Positions 50,736 through 64,000 of a stretch of DNA of 64,000 nt are shown piece after piece. Numbering within the stretch: the stretch's first letter is position 1; each line of letters opens with the position of its first letter. Source of the DNA: Octopus vulgaris (Eukaryota); NCBI GenBank assembly GCA_951406725.2, contig OX597814.1:129084001-129148000 (forward strand). The letters run 5' to 3'. A program made the position numbers and the translations under genes. The notes below the pieces were generated by a model, which was not told the DNA's origin, did no database searches, and worked only from the letters and a program-made list of their open reading frames with translations.

Positions 50736-51892
50736 TCCATCCACATACATTGACAAAGAAATGGCTATCTCTCTCTCATGCACACACATATACATACAGT
50801 CACATAGGACAGGAAACTATTCAACTCTCTGTATCATGATAAATAATTAAAATGCGATTGGAATCTAAACAGTGTGAGTCATCATCTATCAGAAAACATT
50901 GTCATATTGCCAAAATAAAATATTGTCAATTCACAAGAATTAGTAACCTAATTTGCAGACTTGCTAATGAAGTGGATAACTGCTGCTTAAGAATCTAACA
51001 TTACTGGAGGCTGCTTGAAATATTTGGCAGTGCTAGTTGTATATTTGAATGAAATTTTTAAATTTGTGTCACCATGTTTAATGCAGCGAATGTTAAATTG
51101 CTAGCAGAAAGTAATTATGCAGTGAGGTGAACAAGCAATATTAGGCATTCTGAATATCATTTGAATTATGTTGGTGAATATGGGTGATAACTTTGAACAT
51201 GCTTCGGTGTTATTATGACCTGTCTTATCAGTGAAATATAGGCTCAGCTGTAGCTGCTAAAGTAGTGATGAGGAAGGATCACCAAGGGTATGAAAAATTT
51301 GTGAATAAATAACTTACATGCAAGTAATAATTAGTTGTTGTAAACTACTGCGTTAAAACACTTTTGTCGTCATATTTCTCTTGTAATGCACTGTTTTTAT
51401 TTCAATTAATATCTTAACATAATGAAGAATTTAGTAAAATAGCTTCCTTGTTATTAAGCTGCTGCTTTAAACATGAATTAACATGAAAATTTTATGCATC
51501 ATTTTAATTTAGATCACTTCAAACAGGAAATTTGTATCATAGAACTGGAGACGCACTCAGGTGGGTTGGTACCAAATGTCTTAACACTTAACTGTTAATT
51601 TTCATGGAGATGGCATCACTGAGTTATTTAATTCTGTAAGCAATATTTAAAATTAGATTGGTTCCATTTAGAAACTTTATTGGGTATGACATTAGATATT
51701 ACACATTTTGATGAAAATTACCCAACCATTGAGTTACAGTTAAAGAACCACTTCTCAGAGTACACCGTGTTCTTGTAATCTGTTGCTAATAAGAATTTGG
51801 GTGTTTGATATATTGACTTATAGGATTTTGATTTGAATTGGAAATTCATCTTCAGTATATAAAAGTTCACAATAATTATTGCCTCTGTTCAA

Positions 51893-51910
51893 TCTATTAT
51901 ATAAAATCCA

Positions 51911-51969
<59 letters not shown>

Positions 51970-52320
51970 TTCTAGGATCTCCAGCATCCTCCATCCGATT
52001 GCGCTCAAATTTGATATGTAGATACCGACGGTATCAGGGCGTGTATAAGTCTTGAAAAAATTACAAAAATCGATTCCAGATGAGAATGTGATTGATAAAG
52101 CTGTAGGAACTTGCATTTGTATGTGCAAGTACATCAGCTGTTGTGATCGATACTACGCGCACGCGAGAAAAATGCACGTGCAGTTTGCACAAAAAAAGCC
52201 GGCTGGCTTGAAATAATGCCACAAAATGCAGTATATTTAAGAGACCAAAAAAAAAAAATTTGGTTTAAATGTTTGACAACTCAGCACCATCTATTGGATG
52301 GTGGGCGTTTTGCTCGTAAT
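51893..52320 (+). mobile_element. Helitron-like 5' fragment
   Basis: A|TCTATTATATAAAA, (GT)n, ATCCGATTGCGCTCAAATTTG; no 3' end seen. Confidence 0.55.
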
Positions 52321-53582
52321 TAATAAATGAGTAGTAGAAGTAGCAGTGATAGTGGTAATAGTGTGGGAGATTTTGTTGCTATTTCTAAGAGGTCAATTGA
52401 CAAGATTGTGGCTTCTTCACACCAATATTAAGTCATACTGTGATGCTACCAATAACATAACAATCTAGTACTGGTTGCATGAAAAAATACATCCCGGACA
52501 GTCTGTGAAGTTTCTGTTGCAGTATGCCCTTTCTAACTTCCAAGTTTGAGCAAAACTTGGTTCTCTAACCCTGTGGATCCTTTTGAACCATCTAACCCAT
52601 GCCAGCACAGAAAGTGGATACAAAATAACGATGATGAGTGAGAGAAACTACTTTTGTCTACCACACAGTTGAACTATATGTATATTTACTCAGTATAATG
52701 CAGAACTAAAGTGCTTGTGTATGTGTGTATATATGTATGTATATATAGGTGTGTGCACGCGTTTATGTGCAAATAATCTTTTACTCAGCCTCTCAGATTT
52801 GTGTGAATACAAAGATAATTTTGTATGAATGCATGATTATATCATTTTTGAATGCATTTGCGTGTATGTGTGTGTGTGTGTTTCTTTTGTGAGAAAATCT
52901 TTAAAACTAAAAAAATAAACAATGTAGCTAAATTAGGCTAGACATGATGAAAATCAGACAGTGAAATGATAACAACAACAACAACAACAACAGCTATAAT
53001 AATAACAACAGTAAGAACACCAAAGTAAACAATAGATAATTCATTGTCTTCTTTTTTCACTTTTGTTACCTCAGTTTTTTTTATAGCTTTTATTTTCATG
53101 ACTTCTTCCCAATTTTTTTTTGTTTTATATTTTTATAATTCAGTATTCAAATTTTCTGTTTTGTTTTTATACCTCCATCCCTAACTTCTTAAATTGCTTC
53201 ATCTTTTCTCAAGAATAATATATAGTGTTAAGGAAAAAAAAAAATGCTAAGTTTTGAACTTTTATTATTTATACATAAAAATAAACTTAATGGCTCATAG
53301 TTGGTTTCAGTGATGATTATACCAGTTGTTTGCTCAACAGAACTACCTACTCATTGAATTCTTGTGTAAGTGGCTGAATATTCCTTGGATTAGCTTAATC
53401 AGCAAACAGAACCAGCATGACACAATGTGACTAAGTTGCCCTATTGAATAACTCTTGCAATCTATGTTTCCCTTGTTCATTTCTTATCTTATATGTCTGT
53501 ATAGCATTCTTGGACAATGTATACAATAAAGCTCATTATGATATATATATATATATAATTTAATGTACACTATTAAAATAAG

Positions 53583-53885
53583 GTGGAGGCACAATGGCCC
53601 AGTGGTTAGGGCAGCGGACTCACGGTCGGAGGATCGCAGTTTCAATTCCCAGACTGGGCGTTGTGTGTGTTTATTATGCGAAAACACGTAAAAAGCTCCA
53701 CGAGGCTCCAGCAGGGGTGGTGGTGACCCCTGGTTGTACTCTTTCGCCACAACTTTCTCTCACTTTCTCTTCCTGTTACTTGAGTAACACTGTGATGGAC
53801 TGGTGTCCCGACCAGCTGGGGGGAACACATACACCACAGAAATCGGGAAACCAGGCCCATGAGCCTGGCTAGGCTTGAAAAGGAC
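53583..53885 (+). mobile_element. SINE with family E head and family D (V-like) tail
   Basis: E head, then GATGGACTGGTGTCCCGACCAGCTGG...CCCATGAGCCTGGCTAGGC; 12-bp TSD TATTAAAATAAG. Confidence 0.85.
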
Positions 53886-54153
53886 AACTTTTATCATATT
53901 AAAATAAGAGCTTCTAATAGTTTCTTGCCATTGCGTCATATGGTTAGGTAGAGTTTTATAATGTGCCTTGTGTCTCCAAGTAATCTAGAGGCTCTGAAGG
54001 CATGTTATAAAAATCTGCTTGACAAAGTGTCTCATTGGGAAGAAACTATTAATAGCTAATATCTTTATACTGTGTTCATTAAATTATATTTATCTCTTAC
54101 TGGATGGAGTTTTTTTTGTTGGTCCTACTTTAATAGAACAATATATATATATA

Positions 54154-54292
54154 TTGGGAGAATTCACAGAAAAACAAAAGACAACAAACAGATGTATTAG
54201 TTTAATGCTCGGGAAGTGAGAAAGTCTTGAACGTTTTGAGCCTACGCTCTTTGACAGAAAGGAAGACAGAAATAAACAAGGAGAGAAACAAG
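54154..54292 (-). mobile_element. Penelope-like remnant with decayed hammerhead
   Basis: Reverse complement CTGTCAAAGAGCGTAGGCTCAAAACGTT; homologous to 54978. Confidence 0.55.
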
Positions 54293-54299
54293 AAACAAC

Positions 54300-54530
54300 T
54301 TTTGAGCATGGTCATTGCCCCAACTGCCTGACCAACCTTTGTGCCGGTGGCACATAAAAGCATCCAGTACGCTCATGGAGTGGTTGGCGTTAGGAAGGGC
54401 ATCTAGCTGTAGAAACTTTGCCAGATCAGACTGGAGCCTGATGCAGCCTCCTGGCTTCCCAGACCCCGGTCGAACCGTCCAACCCATGTCAACATGAAAA
54501 GTGGACATTAAATGACGACGATGATGATGA

Positions 54531-54533
<3 letters not shown>
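54300..54533 (+). mobile_element. RTE-type LINE 3' end (family C)
   Basis: 3' module and (GAT)n. Confidence 0.82.
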
Positions 54534-54572
<39 letters not shown>

Positions 54573-54938
54573 CAGGCATGTGCCATCAGTAACTACCCAG
54601 GGTAGGCAGTTGGTAACATTTATGTAGTAAAATACACAAAAAAATAAGCAAAACACAGACGAGTGACTGAGTTGGAGGTGGACTTACTTGTGCTTTTATA
54701 GTGTGTAAAGAAAACATTGTAGGAATGTATGAAGCATTTGTACTACAGTATTACTATGTGTAGCTGAAATACTGAGATTGAAAGGCAGGGGCAAATTAGA
54801 CCTATGCATAGTAATCAGAGTAATATTCATAGTTTTATTGAATTATGTGCATATTTTGCCACAAAAAGATAATGTTACTATCAATCTACTTTATTCTGGG
54901 TAGGCACTACCTACCTTCCCTACCCAGGTGGCACATCC

Positions 54939-54941
<3 letters not shown>
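54573..54941 (-). mobile_element. hAT MITE, second copy
   Basis: TIRs CAGGCATGTGCCA / TGGCACATCCCTG; inverse homologue of 28623. Confidence 0.85.
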
Positions 54942-54977
<36 letters not shown>

Positions 54978-54980
<3 letters not shown>

Positions 54981-55175
54981 TCGTTAGCTACTGCATGCAT
55001 TTTTTTCTCTCCTTCTTTCTGTGTTTTTTTCTCTCTGTGTATCTTTCTGTTGAAGAGCGTAGGCTCGAAACGTTAAAGACTTGTTTTATTTATATTTCCT
55101 GAGCGCCATACTAATACAATTGTTCGTTTGTTTTCCACCTGCCTTCGTCTTTTGTCTATTTTCATAAAGCTTCCC

Positions 55176-55177
<2 letters not shown>
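54978..55177 (+). mobile_element. Penelope-like remnant in (TA)n
   Basis: T-rich body carrying a hammerhead-like motif; (TA)n flanks. Confidence 0.6.
55042..55079 (+). ncRNA. Minimal type I hammerhead ribozyme variant
   Basis: TCTTT-CTGTTGA-A-GAGC gtag GCTC-GAAA-CGTT-AAAGA: stems I and II intact, palindromic AACGTT for stem III, core A6 replaced by U. Confidence 0.5.
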
Positions 55178-55219
<42 letters not shown>

Positions 55220-55223
<4 letters not shown>

Positions 55224-55412
55224 CGGAGTAAGCACATAAATGTGAAACAAGGTGGAAAAAAGAATACTCAAATACCAGAGGTAGAGTAATATGCTTTATT
55301 TAAAAGCAGAAGAAATATAACAAAAGCTGTTACTCAGAGTTTCACATTCCTGAATGGGAACCTGAAACTCTGTGTAACAGCTTTTGTTTTATTTCTGCTG
55401 CTTTTAAATAAA

Positions 55413-55417
<5 letters not shown>
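55220..55417. repeat. Long inverted repeat, probably an inverted Penelope-like junction
   Basis: Arms 55289-55344 and 55363-55417 are near-complementary, with GAAACTC at the inner ends; (TA)n flanks. Confidence 0.7.
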
Positions 55418-55471
<54 letters not shown>

Positions 55472-56286
55472 TACACATTACCACACTCAGATACACATTG
55501 TTATTTTCTATCACCTTTCTTCATGCATGCATACATACATTCATATATTCATTTGCACACTTTATTTCATATTAGTGACTTTTACTCCCATGCATACACA
55601 CACACACACAAATATTCATACATTACACTTTTAAATACACCATGTCATTTTCTATCATTTTTACATGTATTCATACTTTTCCACACTTTGTCTTCTAAGT
55701 GCACTTGTATTCTTGCACACACACACACACACTATTTCTCTTTCTTATACATACCCACTTGCTATTTTACATACACACATGTTAATGTTTCTTTTTAAAC
55801 AATATATTTCTAAGTAAATCTCCCATCCCTATATTATTCTCTAAAATTGGTCAGGATAAAACTGAACAATTCTATAGAAAACAGGAATTATACTTCACTG
55901 ATGTTTAAAAAACACCACACCCCTTTCTAAACATTAAAAGGAAATAAAAAAAAAAGAAAAGAAAAACCACAACAGGAGCAACTGTGGTAGCTAGAACTAA
56001 CAACAACATTAACATTGTAGCCAATCAGAAAACAATCAACAATACATCCTTTCATAAAATCACTTTTCATTTCCTTCCATAGTTTAAAATAATCAGATAA
56101 GTAAATAAATAAGATCAAGCAAAATGAAAATAAAACGTAAATGAACAACAAAAAATATCAAGATATGTGTTTGTGTATATGTGTATTAAATTTATCATCC
56201 AACTCACTAAAAATATCCTGCTCTCTAAAACTATGAGATGTGTTTATACATAACCAGCTTTGGGGACATAGTGAATATGTGTTTAA

Positions 56287-56483
56287 CCCTTTCATTACCA
56301 ACCCGGCTGAAACCAGCTCTGGATCTGAGTACAAATGTCTTGTTTTCATAAGTTCTGAATTAAAATTTATATTCCTAACACTAGCTGAACGATAACTAAG
56401 TTATTTTGATAAATTCTTTGTTATATCTAAAATAATTGAAAGAAAACTCAGAGCATCTCAAAATAAATACAGTAATGAAAGGG
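56287..56483. mobile_element. piggyBac MITE
   Basis: TTAA|CCCTTTCATTAC ... GTAATGAAAGGG|TTAA. Confidence 0.9.
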
Positions 56484-57514
56484 TTAAAATACTAGATTCA
56501 TTATTGACATGTATTGTTTTGGCAAGGGATAATTTTTGGGTATTCCCTCTGATCCACCTTATCTCTTTTTGTGTCCATTGCCTATAAACAATTTCATTCC
56601 CTATCTGCCAGTTTCTTGCCAGATGTCCAGCATTTTTGTCGGTTCTTGTTCAATTTTGTTAGCCCCCCCTCCCCCAGATCTTTTTGGACTATATTTTTTT
56701 CCTAACCTGATCTTTCTCAGTTTCCAGTCATCTGTGAAAAACATGTCTGGCCTTGTAGAAATACGACCTTTTCTGGAAACAGGTAAGGATTGGTGACAAG
56801 GAGGGCTTCCAGCTGGCCATGGAAAATCTGCCTTAACAAATTACATGTCATTCATGCAATTATGAAAGAAAGTAGATGTTAACGTGATGTGTGTGTGTGT
56901 GTGTTCACAGATGCATTTTAGCAAAAAATGCAAACAGCAAGAAAATTCAAAATCTGGTGCCATTAAACAAAGTACTTTTGGAGAATTCTACACCAACTAC
57001 ACTCCCTTGTCACTACCATTATTGGTAAATGCAGTGAACCACTGACTGGTCCATTGAAAACCTGTAACCAATGGAAGTACTGCTCAGCAATTGGGTAAAA
57101 TAAATAAATATAATAACGACAAAGTTCAATCAATATTTGACCTAATATGAACAAAAATGTTAATGAACGGAAACAAAAGGAAATATTTCATGAGTATTTG
57201 AAAGTATGTTGTTGTACAACTATCAAATAACTGAAAGATATTGTATTTCTATGTATGAATGTTTGTGATTGTATTTCAATTGGACCAACAAAGGAATTGC
57301 TGTGTGGTCTTTTGATATACTAGAAATGGCAGCCAAATGTCTCTGAAACCATATCCTACCATTTTAAATGAAGTTATATAGATTGGGTAATGTAATCAGG
57401 TGCACATTATTTCTGATAAAAAGGTATAATGGTTATGGCTGGAATACTTTTGCTTATACGTTTGCTTGACCAGTGCCAAGTAAAGGCCAAACAGGCCAAG
57501 ATTGGTTGGTGTTG

Positions 57515-57759
57515 GTAACACATAAAAGCACCAACCGATCTTGGCCGTTTGCCAGCCTCCTCTGGCCCCTGTGCCGGTGGCACGTAAAAAAACACCCACT
57601 ACACTCACGGAGTGGTTGGCGTTAGGAAGGGCATCCAGCTGTAGAAACACTGCCAGATCAGACTGGAGCCTGATGCAGCCTCCTGGCTTCCCAGACCCCG
57701 GTCGAACCATCCAACCCATGCTAGCATGGAAAACGGATGTTAAACGATGATGATGATGA
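57515..57759 (+). mobile_element. RTE-type LINE 3' end (family C)
   Basis: 3' module and (GAT)n. Confidence 0.85.
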
Positions 57760-58454
57760 TTGCAGTGCTCAAAATTACAGCATTCAAATATATAAATATA
57801 TGTAAAATTGCTGATTGATGTCTAAATTTTTGGTAAAAAAAAAAAATATATATATATTCCTAATTTTCTGAAAAATCGTTCAGATAAAAAAAAAGCATAT
57901 GAAAATCAATATAAAGAAGGAAAGAAATTCAGTTTTATGTTTTCCAAGTTTATTGGCTTGTATCAGCATATGCAAAAAAGAAATGAAATATTTTTTACTT
58001 TTTTTAAATATTGTAAAAGAATTGTTTTGTTTGATTTGTTTCTTTACTCTTCTCTTTGTGCGTGACCCTATAGCGATTGAGTGCATTTTCAACTTGTCTT
58101 CTGACTAGCATAGCTCTCTACATTATTCTTTTAAGATCTTTGTTCACATCTAGGATGGCATATAGAAATATTAAAACAACTCCATGACTTGAGTGGTACT
58201 TTATTTTATTGACTCTCATTTAAACATCTTTTTAACTATCAGCATTAGATTTTCAGATGAGTGGTCCATTTCTTCATGGTTCTTTTCTCCGGGTAACAGC
58301 TTGATGCCCTTCCTATCAGCAGCCCTCACTTGTTTCCAAAGTAATCTTTCCCTATACCTGGACATATCTTTATAGAAGACTGGAAACAAAGAAGACTGCT
58401 TGTATGATAGTGACATTCAATTTCATTTATCACATGATATCCAGATAATTAGAC

Positions 58455-58871
58455 GTAGAGTGACCCGCTGTTCTTGAGGAGACCTATTGAGTCAAGTACG
58501 TCAACACAAACATCAAAAAGGAAAATCAAATGGAAATTGTAGTTAAGATACCTGTGCCCGTGACACATAAAAAGCACCGTCCGAATGTGGCAGATGCCAG
58601 CGCCACCTGACTGGCATCCATGTCGGTGACACGTAAAAGCACCAACCGATCATGGCCGTTTGCCAGCCTCCTCTGGCCCCTGTGCCGGTGGCACGTAAAA
58701 AGCACCCACTACACTCATGGAGTGGTTGGCGTTAGGAAGGGCATCCAGCTGTAGAAACACTGCTAGATCAGACTGGATCCTGGTGCAGCTTCCTGGCTTC
58801 CCAGACCCCGGTCGAACCATCCAACCCATGCTAGCATGGAAAACGGATGTTAAACGATGATGATGGTGATG
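58455..58871 (+). mobile_element. RTE-type LINE 3' end (family C), longest copy
   Basis: From GCTGTTCTTGAGGAGACCTATTGAGTCAAG through the triplicated unit to (GAT)n. Confidence 0.87.
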
Positions 58872-60144
58872 AAATACACTCATTCATGTACATACACACA
58901 CATACACACACCCAATGGGCTTCTTTCGGTTTTCATCTTCTAAATCAACTTGCAAGGAGTATTGCAGGAAACATTTTCCCAAGGTGCTCTGCAGTGAAAC
59001 AACCCAAAACTATGTAACTGGAAAGCAAATTTAATCAGAGCCATCTGCCTGTCTGTCTGTATTAATATTTAGTGGAAACTTCCACTAAATATTAATAAAA
59101 ATATAAAAATACACCTGTACTTATATTTTGAGTTCCATTTTTCTTGTTTGCATCACCATACCTCTATGTGTGTGTGTATTATATAATGTGTGTGCTTGCC
59201 AGTTTATAACCTGTGTTTAGTCAAAAAATGTAACAGTGATTCATTAAATATTTATAAATAAAGTATGTACATGGCTAAAAATAAGTACCAGCAAATCGTC
59301 CAACCCATACTAGCATGGAAAGCGGACATTAAACGATGATGATGATATCTTCTTTCATATTTTACTTATTTCAGTCATTGAACTGAGATGATGCTGGGGC
59401 AAGTCCTTGAAAGGTTTAATCAACCTGGGAACATAAACAAACCAACATTGTGTCCATGTTTGTCCTGCACCACTTCTATTACAACACTGAGCTCACTGAA
59501 ACCTTGTGAGTAAATATGGTAGAAGGAAACTGCATGGAAGCTCATCGTATACACAGACATGCACACACATATCTCTGTGTGATTGTGTTTGTACCCTCAT
59601 TCCACTGCTTAATGACCGGTGCTGGTTTGTTTACATCCCCATAACTTAGCAGCTCATAAAAAGAGACCAATAAAATACCAGACTAGGGGGTAATTTGTTC
59701 AACTAAACACTTCACGGCAGTGCCCCAGCATGGCTGCAGTCTAATGATTGAAACAAAGGCAGTAATTTCATTAGAAATATGGTAACAAAAGGGTTAAGAC
59801 TGGTGTACTATTTGAGGGATATTTGGCTTCTATTTCTAACAGGTTGATCAGTCATCTAGTAGAGATTTCATTGGCCCATGTGCGCGGTTCACTGTAGTGG
59901 TTGCCGAGATGGTGATGTGTTGTGGCAAGGGTAGTGGTAATTTGATAATTCTCTTCCCAGTCACTGAAGAAAGAATAATCCAGTTTTGGTTTTATTTGTT
60001 TAGAACAAGATGATCAATGAATTTAGATTCTTAAGTAGACATTTAGGAGAAGAAATTCAGTAGGAGAGATGAGGGTCGGGGAGAGAAAAGCAAATGAATG
60101 AAAAGTGACAGAATAAGAGGTATGTATAGACACATAAGATGAGA

Positions 60145-60146
60145 GC

Positions 60147-60183
<37 letters not shown>

Positions 60184-60822
60184 ATGTATGTCTATATATA
60201 TGTATGTATATGTATGTATATATGTATGTATATATGTGTATGTATGTATATATATATATGTATATACTTATATATGCATGTATATATGTATGTATATATT
60301 TATATATGCATGTATATATGTATGTATATATTTATATATGCATGTATATATGTATGTATATATTTATATATGCATGTATATATGTATGTATATATTTATA
60401 TATGCATGTATATATGTATGTATATATTTATATATGCATGTATATATATATGTATATACTTATATATGCATGTAGATATATATATATATGCATATAACTG
60501 TATATATATGTATATATGCATGTATATATGTATGTATATACTTATATATGCATGTTTATATGTATGTATATACTTATATATGCATGTATATATGTATGTA
60601 TATATTTATATATGCATGTATATATGTATGTATATATTTATATATGCATGTATATATGTATGTATATATTTATATATGCATGTATATATGTATGTATATA
60701 TTTATATATGCATGTATATATGTATGTATATATTTATATATGCATGTATATATATATGTATATACTTATATATGCATGTATATATATATATATGCACATA
60801 ACTGTATATATATATGTATATA
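60145..60822. repeat. AT-rich minisatellite, 32-bp unit
   Basis: Tandem TATATTTATATATGCATGTATATATGTATGTA, grading out of simple (TA)n. Confidence 0.9.
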
Positions 60823-61899
60823 GTGTGTGATTGTTCATGTGAAAATAAGTGTGTATATGCATGTGTATATGTAAATATATTTGTGTGTATGTAAATATTT
60901 GCTGAACTATTCGTGTGTCAAGTTATGTGGTTATTCTTATATACAAGTGTGTGTGTGTGTGCATGTTTGCATTAACAATGTATTGAAATGCTCAGCAAGA
61001 TGTAACGAAGACTAAACCTGATTAGTCCACCCCATACAATCATTAAAAAGAAAAAAAAAATGATTAAAATGATGATTATGTTATTATTATATTATGACGA
61101 TAATGAGGATACATGTGTGATCAGATTGTATATGTGTAGATACATGCATGCACATCAACATAACATTTATGCATACACATACATAAAGACATGTATTATA
61201 AGTATAATACACACACACACACATATACATCTACAATTATTTTATATGTTTCTAAATGAAGAAATCAATAGGATATAGAACTGCCCAGAGTTCTTTGACC
61301 TAATTCCAAATAATGTCTAAAACCCATCTTCTTGTAGCCAGAGTCAGCTGACTCTGTATGTTGTTGGATGGATGCTCCAATGACATCATCGAGTTCTGCA
61401 GTGCTCTCACTCCTCACTCTCTCGCTCTCTACTTCTTTGTCTATTATTGTTGGACAGCTTGGAAATTCAGTTAATTATTTTAACTTCATGTGTGAACTTT
61501 GACCAATCATTCTGATGTGTATCTCTGTTTTTTTTTTTATATATATGTATATATGTTTTGCTGTTTGGTTTTGTTATGTTGTCACTATCTTTATTCAACT
61601 ACTTGCAGTTTTTATGTTCATACACACACATACTCTTATGAGTAAACACATGTACACACGCACATTCATATACATACATTCACTCACACATACACACACA
61701 TTCACACTCACACACGCGCATACACATATAATGGAGTGATGGTTGTTAGAGATGAAGTTATTATTACCAGACTAAATTTTTTAAGTACATCTTAAGAAAA
61801 TGCAGTCCCCTCATTTTTAGATATAAACTCAGGAATAAGGACTACTAAATATTTTCTCAATAAATTCCTCATTGAATTTGAGAAACACTATTAAATACC

Positions 61900-62590
<691 letters not shown>

Positions 62591-62709
62591 GAAAATGTTA
62601 GAATAATTAATACATGATGAAATCATTTTTGTGATGGATCTTTAAATTTTCAGATTTCAAGCTCAAAAAAATAGAGTAAAATCCAAAATTAAATACTACT
62701 TATTAACAT

Positions 62710-63355
62710 CATTGTCTTTTTAATGTCCACTTTCCCATGCGCACATGAAGCAGATGAAACTTGTGGTGAGTTTTCTATGGCCAGATGCCCTCATCCACCC
62801 TCACCTGTTCCAAGTAAGGTAATATTTTCCCATGACAGGCATTTTATCACAGAAGATTGGAAAAGATTGACACAACTGACATGACAGTGGCACTCATTTA
62901 CAACGATTGCATAATGTCAAGTGAAGGCATGTGGCCTAGTGGTTAGGCTGTTGCACTCACAATCGCTAGATCATGGGTTCAATTCTCAGACCGGGCAGCA
63001 CATTGTATTCTTGAGCAAAACACTTCATTTCATGTTGCCCCCTGTGATCAGGGGATAATGTTGACCTGTTCGCAAGGCCAGTGGGGTGGCATCATTTGAA
63101 GGCTAAATAATACAAAAGCGCATTGTGAGCAGTGATGTGTAACCTTATCTGATAGCTTGGTCGGTCACATGATCACATAAAGTCAAACACACACACTCAC
63201 ATGATGTTTCTTTCACTTTCTGTTTACCAAATCCACTCATAAGGCACTGATTGGTCAGGGCTGTAGTAGAAGACACTCTGCCAAACGTACTGTTCCATGG
63301 GACTGAACCCAAAACCATGTGATTGGGAATCAAACTTCTTACAACACAACCATTC
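62710..63355 (-). mobile_element. SINE family H interrupted by another SINE
   Basis: Tail at 62710-62920 and head at 63185-63355, both in reverse complement. Confidence 0.7.
62921..63178 (+). mobile_element. SINE with D-type head and a distinct tail
   Basis: GAAGGCATGTGGCCTAGTGGTTAGG head and CORE-like segment; TSD CATAATGTCAA / CATAAAGTCAA. Confidence 0.75.
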
Positions 63356-63477
63356 CTAAGCCAAATATTACAAAGACGAACACAAATGTAACAGACATAA
63401 CACTGATTGAAATACACAAACCAAACATACAGTCTTCAGCAATACCTGAATGCATCCTAGTTATAGAATGGATGAAT

Positions 63478-63697
63478 GGCGGCGAGCTGGCAGAAACGTT
63501 AGCACGCCAGGCGTAATGCTTAGTGGTATTTCATCTGTTTTTATGTTCTGGGTTCAAACTCCACCTAGGTTGACTTTCGGGGGTCAATAAATTAAGTACC
63601 ATTTAGGCACTGGTGTTGATGTAATCAACTTAATCCCTTTGTCTGTTCTTGTTTGTCCCCTCTATATTTAGCTCCTTGTGGGCAATAAAGAAATAAG
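63478..63697 (+). mobile_element. SINE family B
   Basis: Body plus 13-bp TSD AGAATGGATGAAT. Confidence 0.85.
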
Positions 63698-64000
63698 AAT
63701 GGATGAATATATTACAACTGAAAATCTCATAAAACTGAGCACAGAATGTATCATATCTAATCACAAACTAATCAAAACTTCCATGCTTCCTGAAATTCGC
63801 CAATACTACACCTGATTTTCTTCCCTCCATATACATGCAAGCATGTAACTGTTTACTTTCCAGACATTTGTACATTATAGCATATGCTTTATACACACTT
63901 TTGACAAGTTGTGGTGCACCTGAGCACTGTATACAATTATTTCATTATTATATATAAGACCCCAAATATCAGATTCCTGTTGCTCCCACAGCACACAAAT

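Noticed and set aside
23880-53660. tRNA-like sequences at SINE heads
   Set aside because: A/B boxes are present but there is no proper acceptor stem, and they continue into SINE bodies with TSDs; not tRNA genes.
56920-57095. Exon-like unique segment on either strand
   Set aside because: Frames stop or lack a good donor; not supportable.
6399-58883. Recurrent ORFs containing LQSDLAVFLQLDALPNANHS or IHSQGFGRPEAIVEDTCPRC
   Set aside because: Chance open frames in family C and SINE A repeats, not a gene family.
4831-59345. Apparent + strand bias of family C copies
   Set aside because: Too few copies, several on the - strand; not significant by eye.

Overview
Eukaryotic, AT-rich, repeat-saturated genomic DNA. 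The SINE, LINE and microsatellite repertoire is what I recognise from octopod cephalopods (Octopus-like); this is an inference, not a database hit. Almost all listed ORFs are translations of repeats or microsatellites. Retroelements: several modular tRNA-headed SINE families (my labels A, B, D, E, F, H), many 3' ends of an RTE-type LINE (label C), RTE, HERO-like and R4/Dong-like LINE fragments, and Penelope-like remnants carrying variant minimal hammerhead motifs. DNA elements: a mariner (DD34D), a maT (DD37D), hAT, piggyBac and pogo/Tc2-like MITEs, Helitrons and a Helentron/DINE-like element. The only clearly gene-like zone is a repeat-free stretch at about 15.4-20.2 kb, visibly CpG-rich at about 16.7-18.3 kb. 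It holds a + strand first coding exon (MARAFGKFW..., 19722-19812) that opens a large intron, and a divergent chain of - strand exons. Best leads: a TATA/Inr/E-box/CCAAT promoter inside a HERO-like LINE 3' UTR, a pre-miRNA-like hairpin at 204-307, variant hammerheads, the divergent exon chain, and SINE head/tail shuffling. Coordinates were read by eye; ends of degenerate repeats are approximate.
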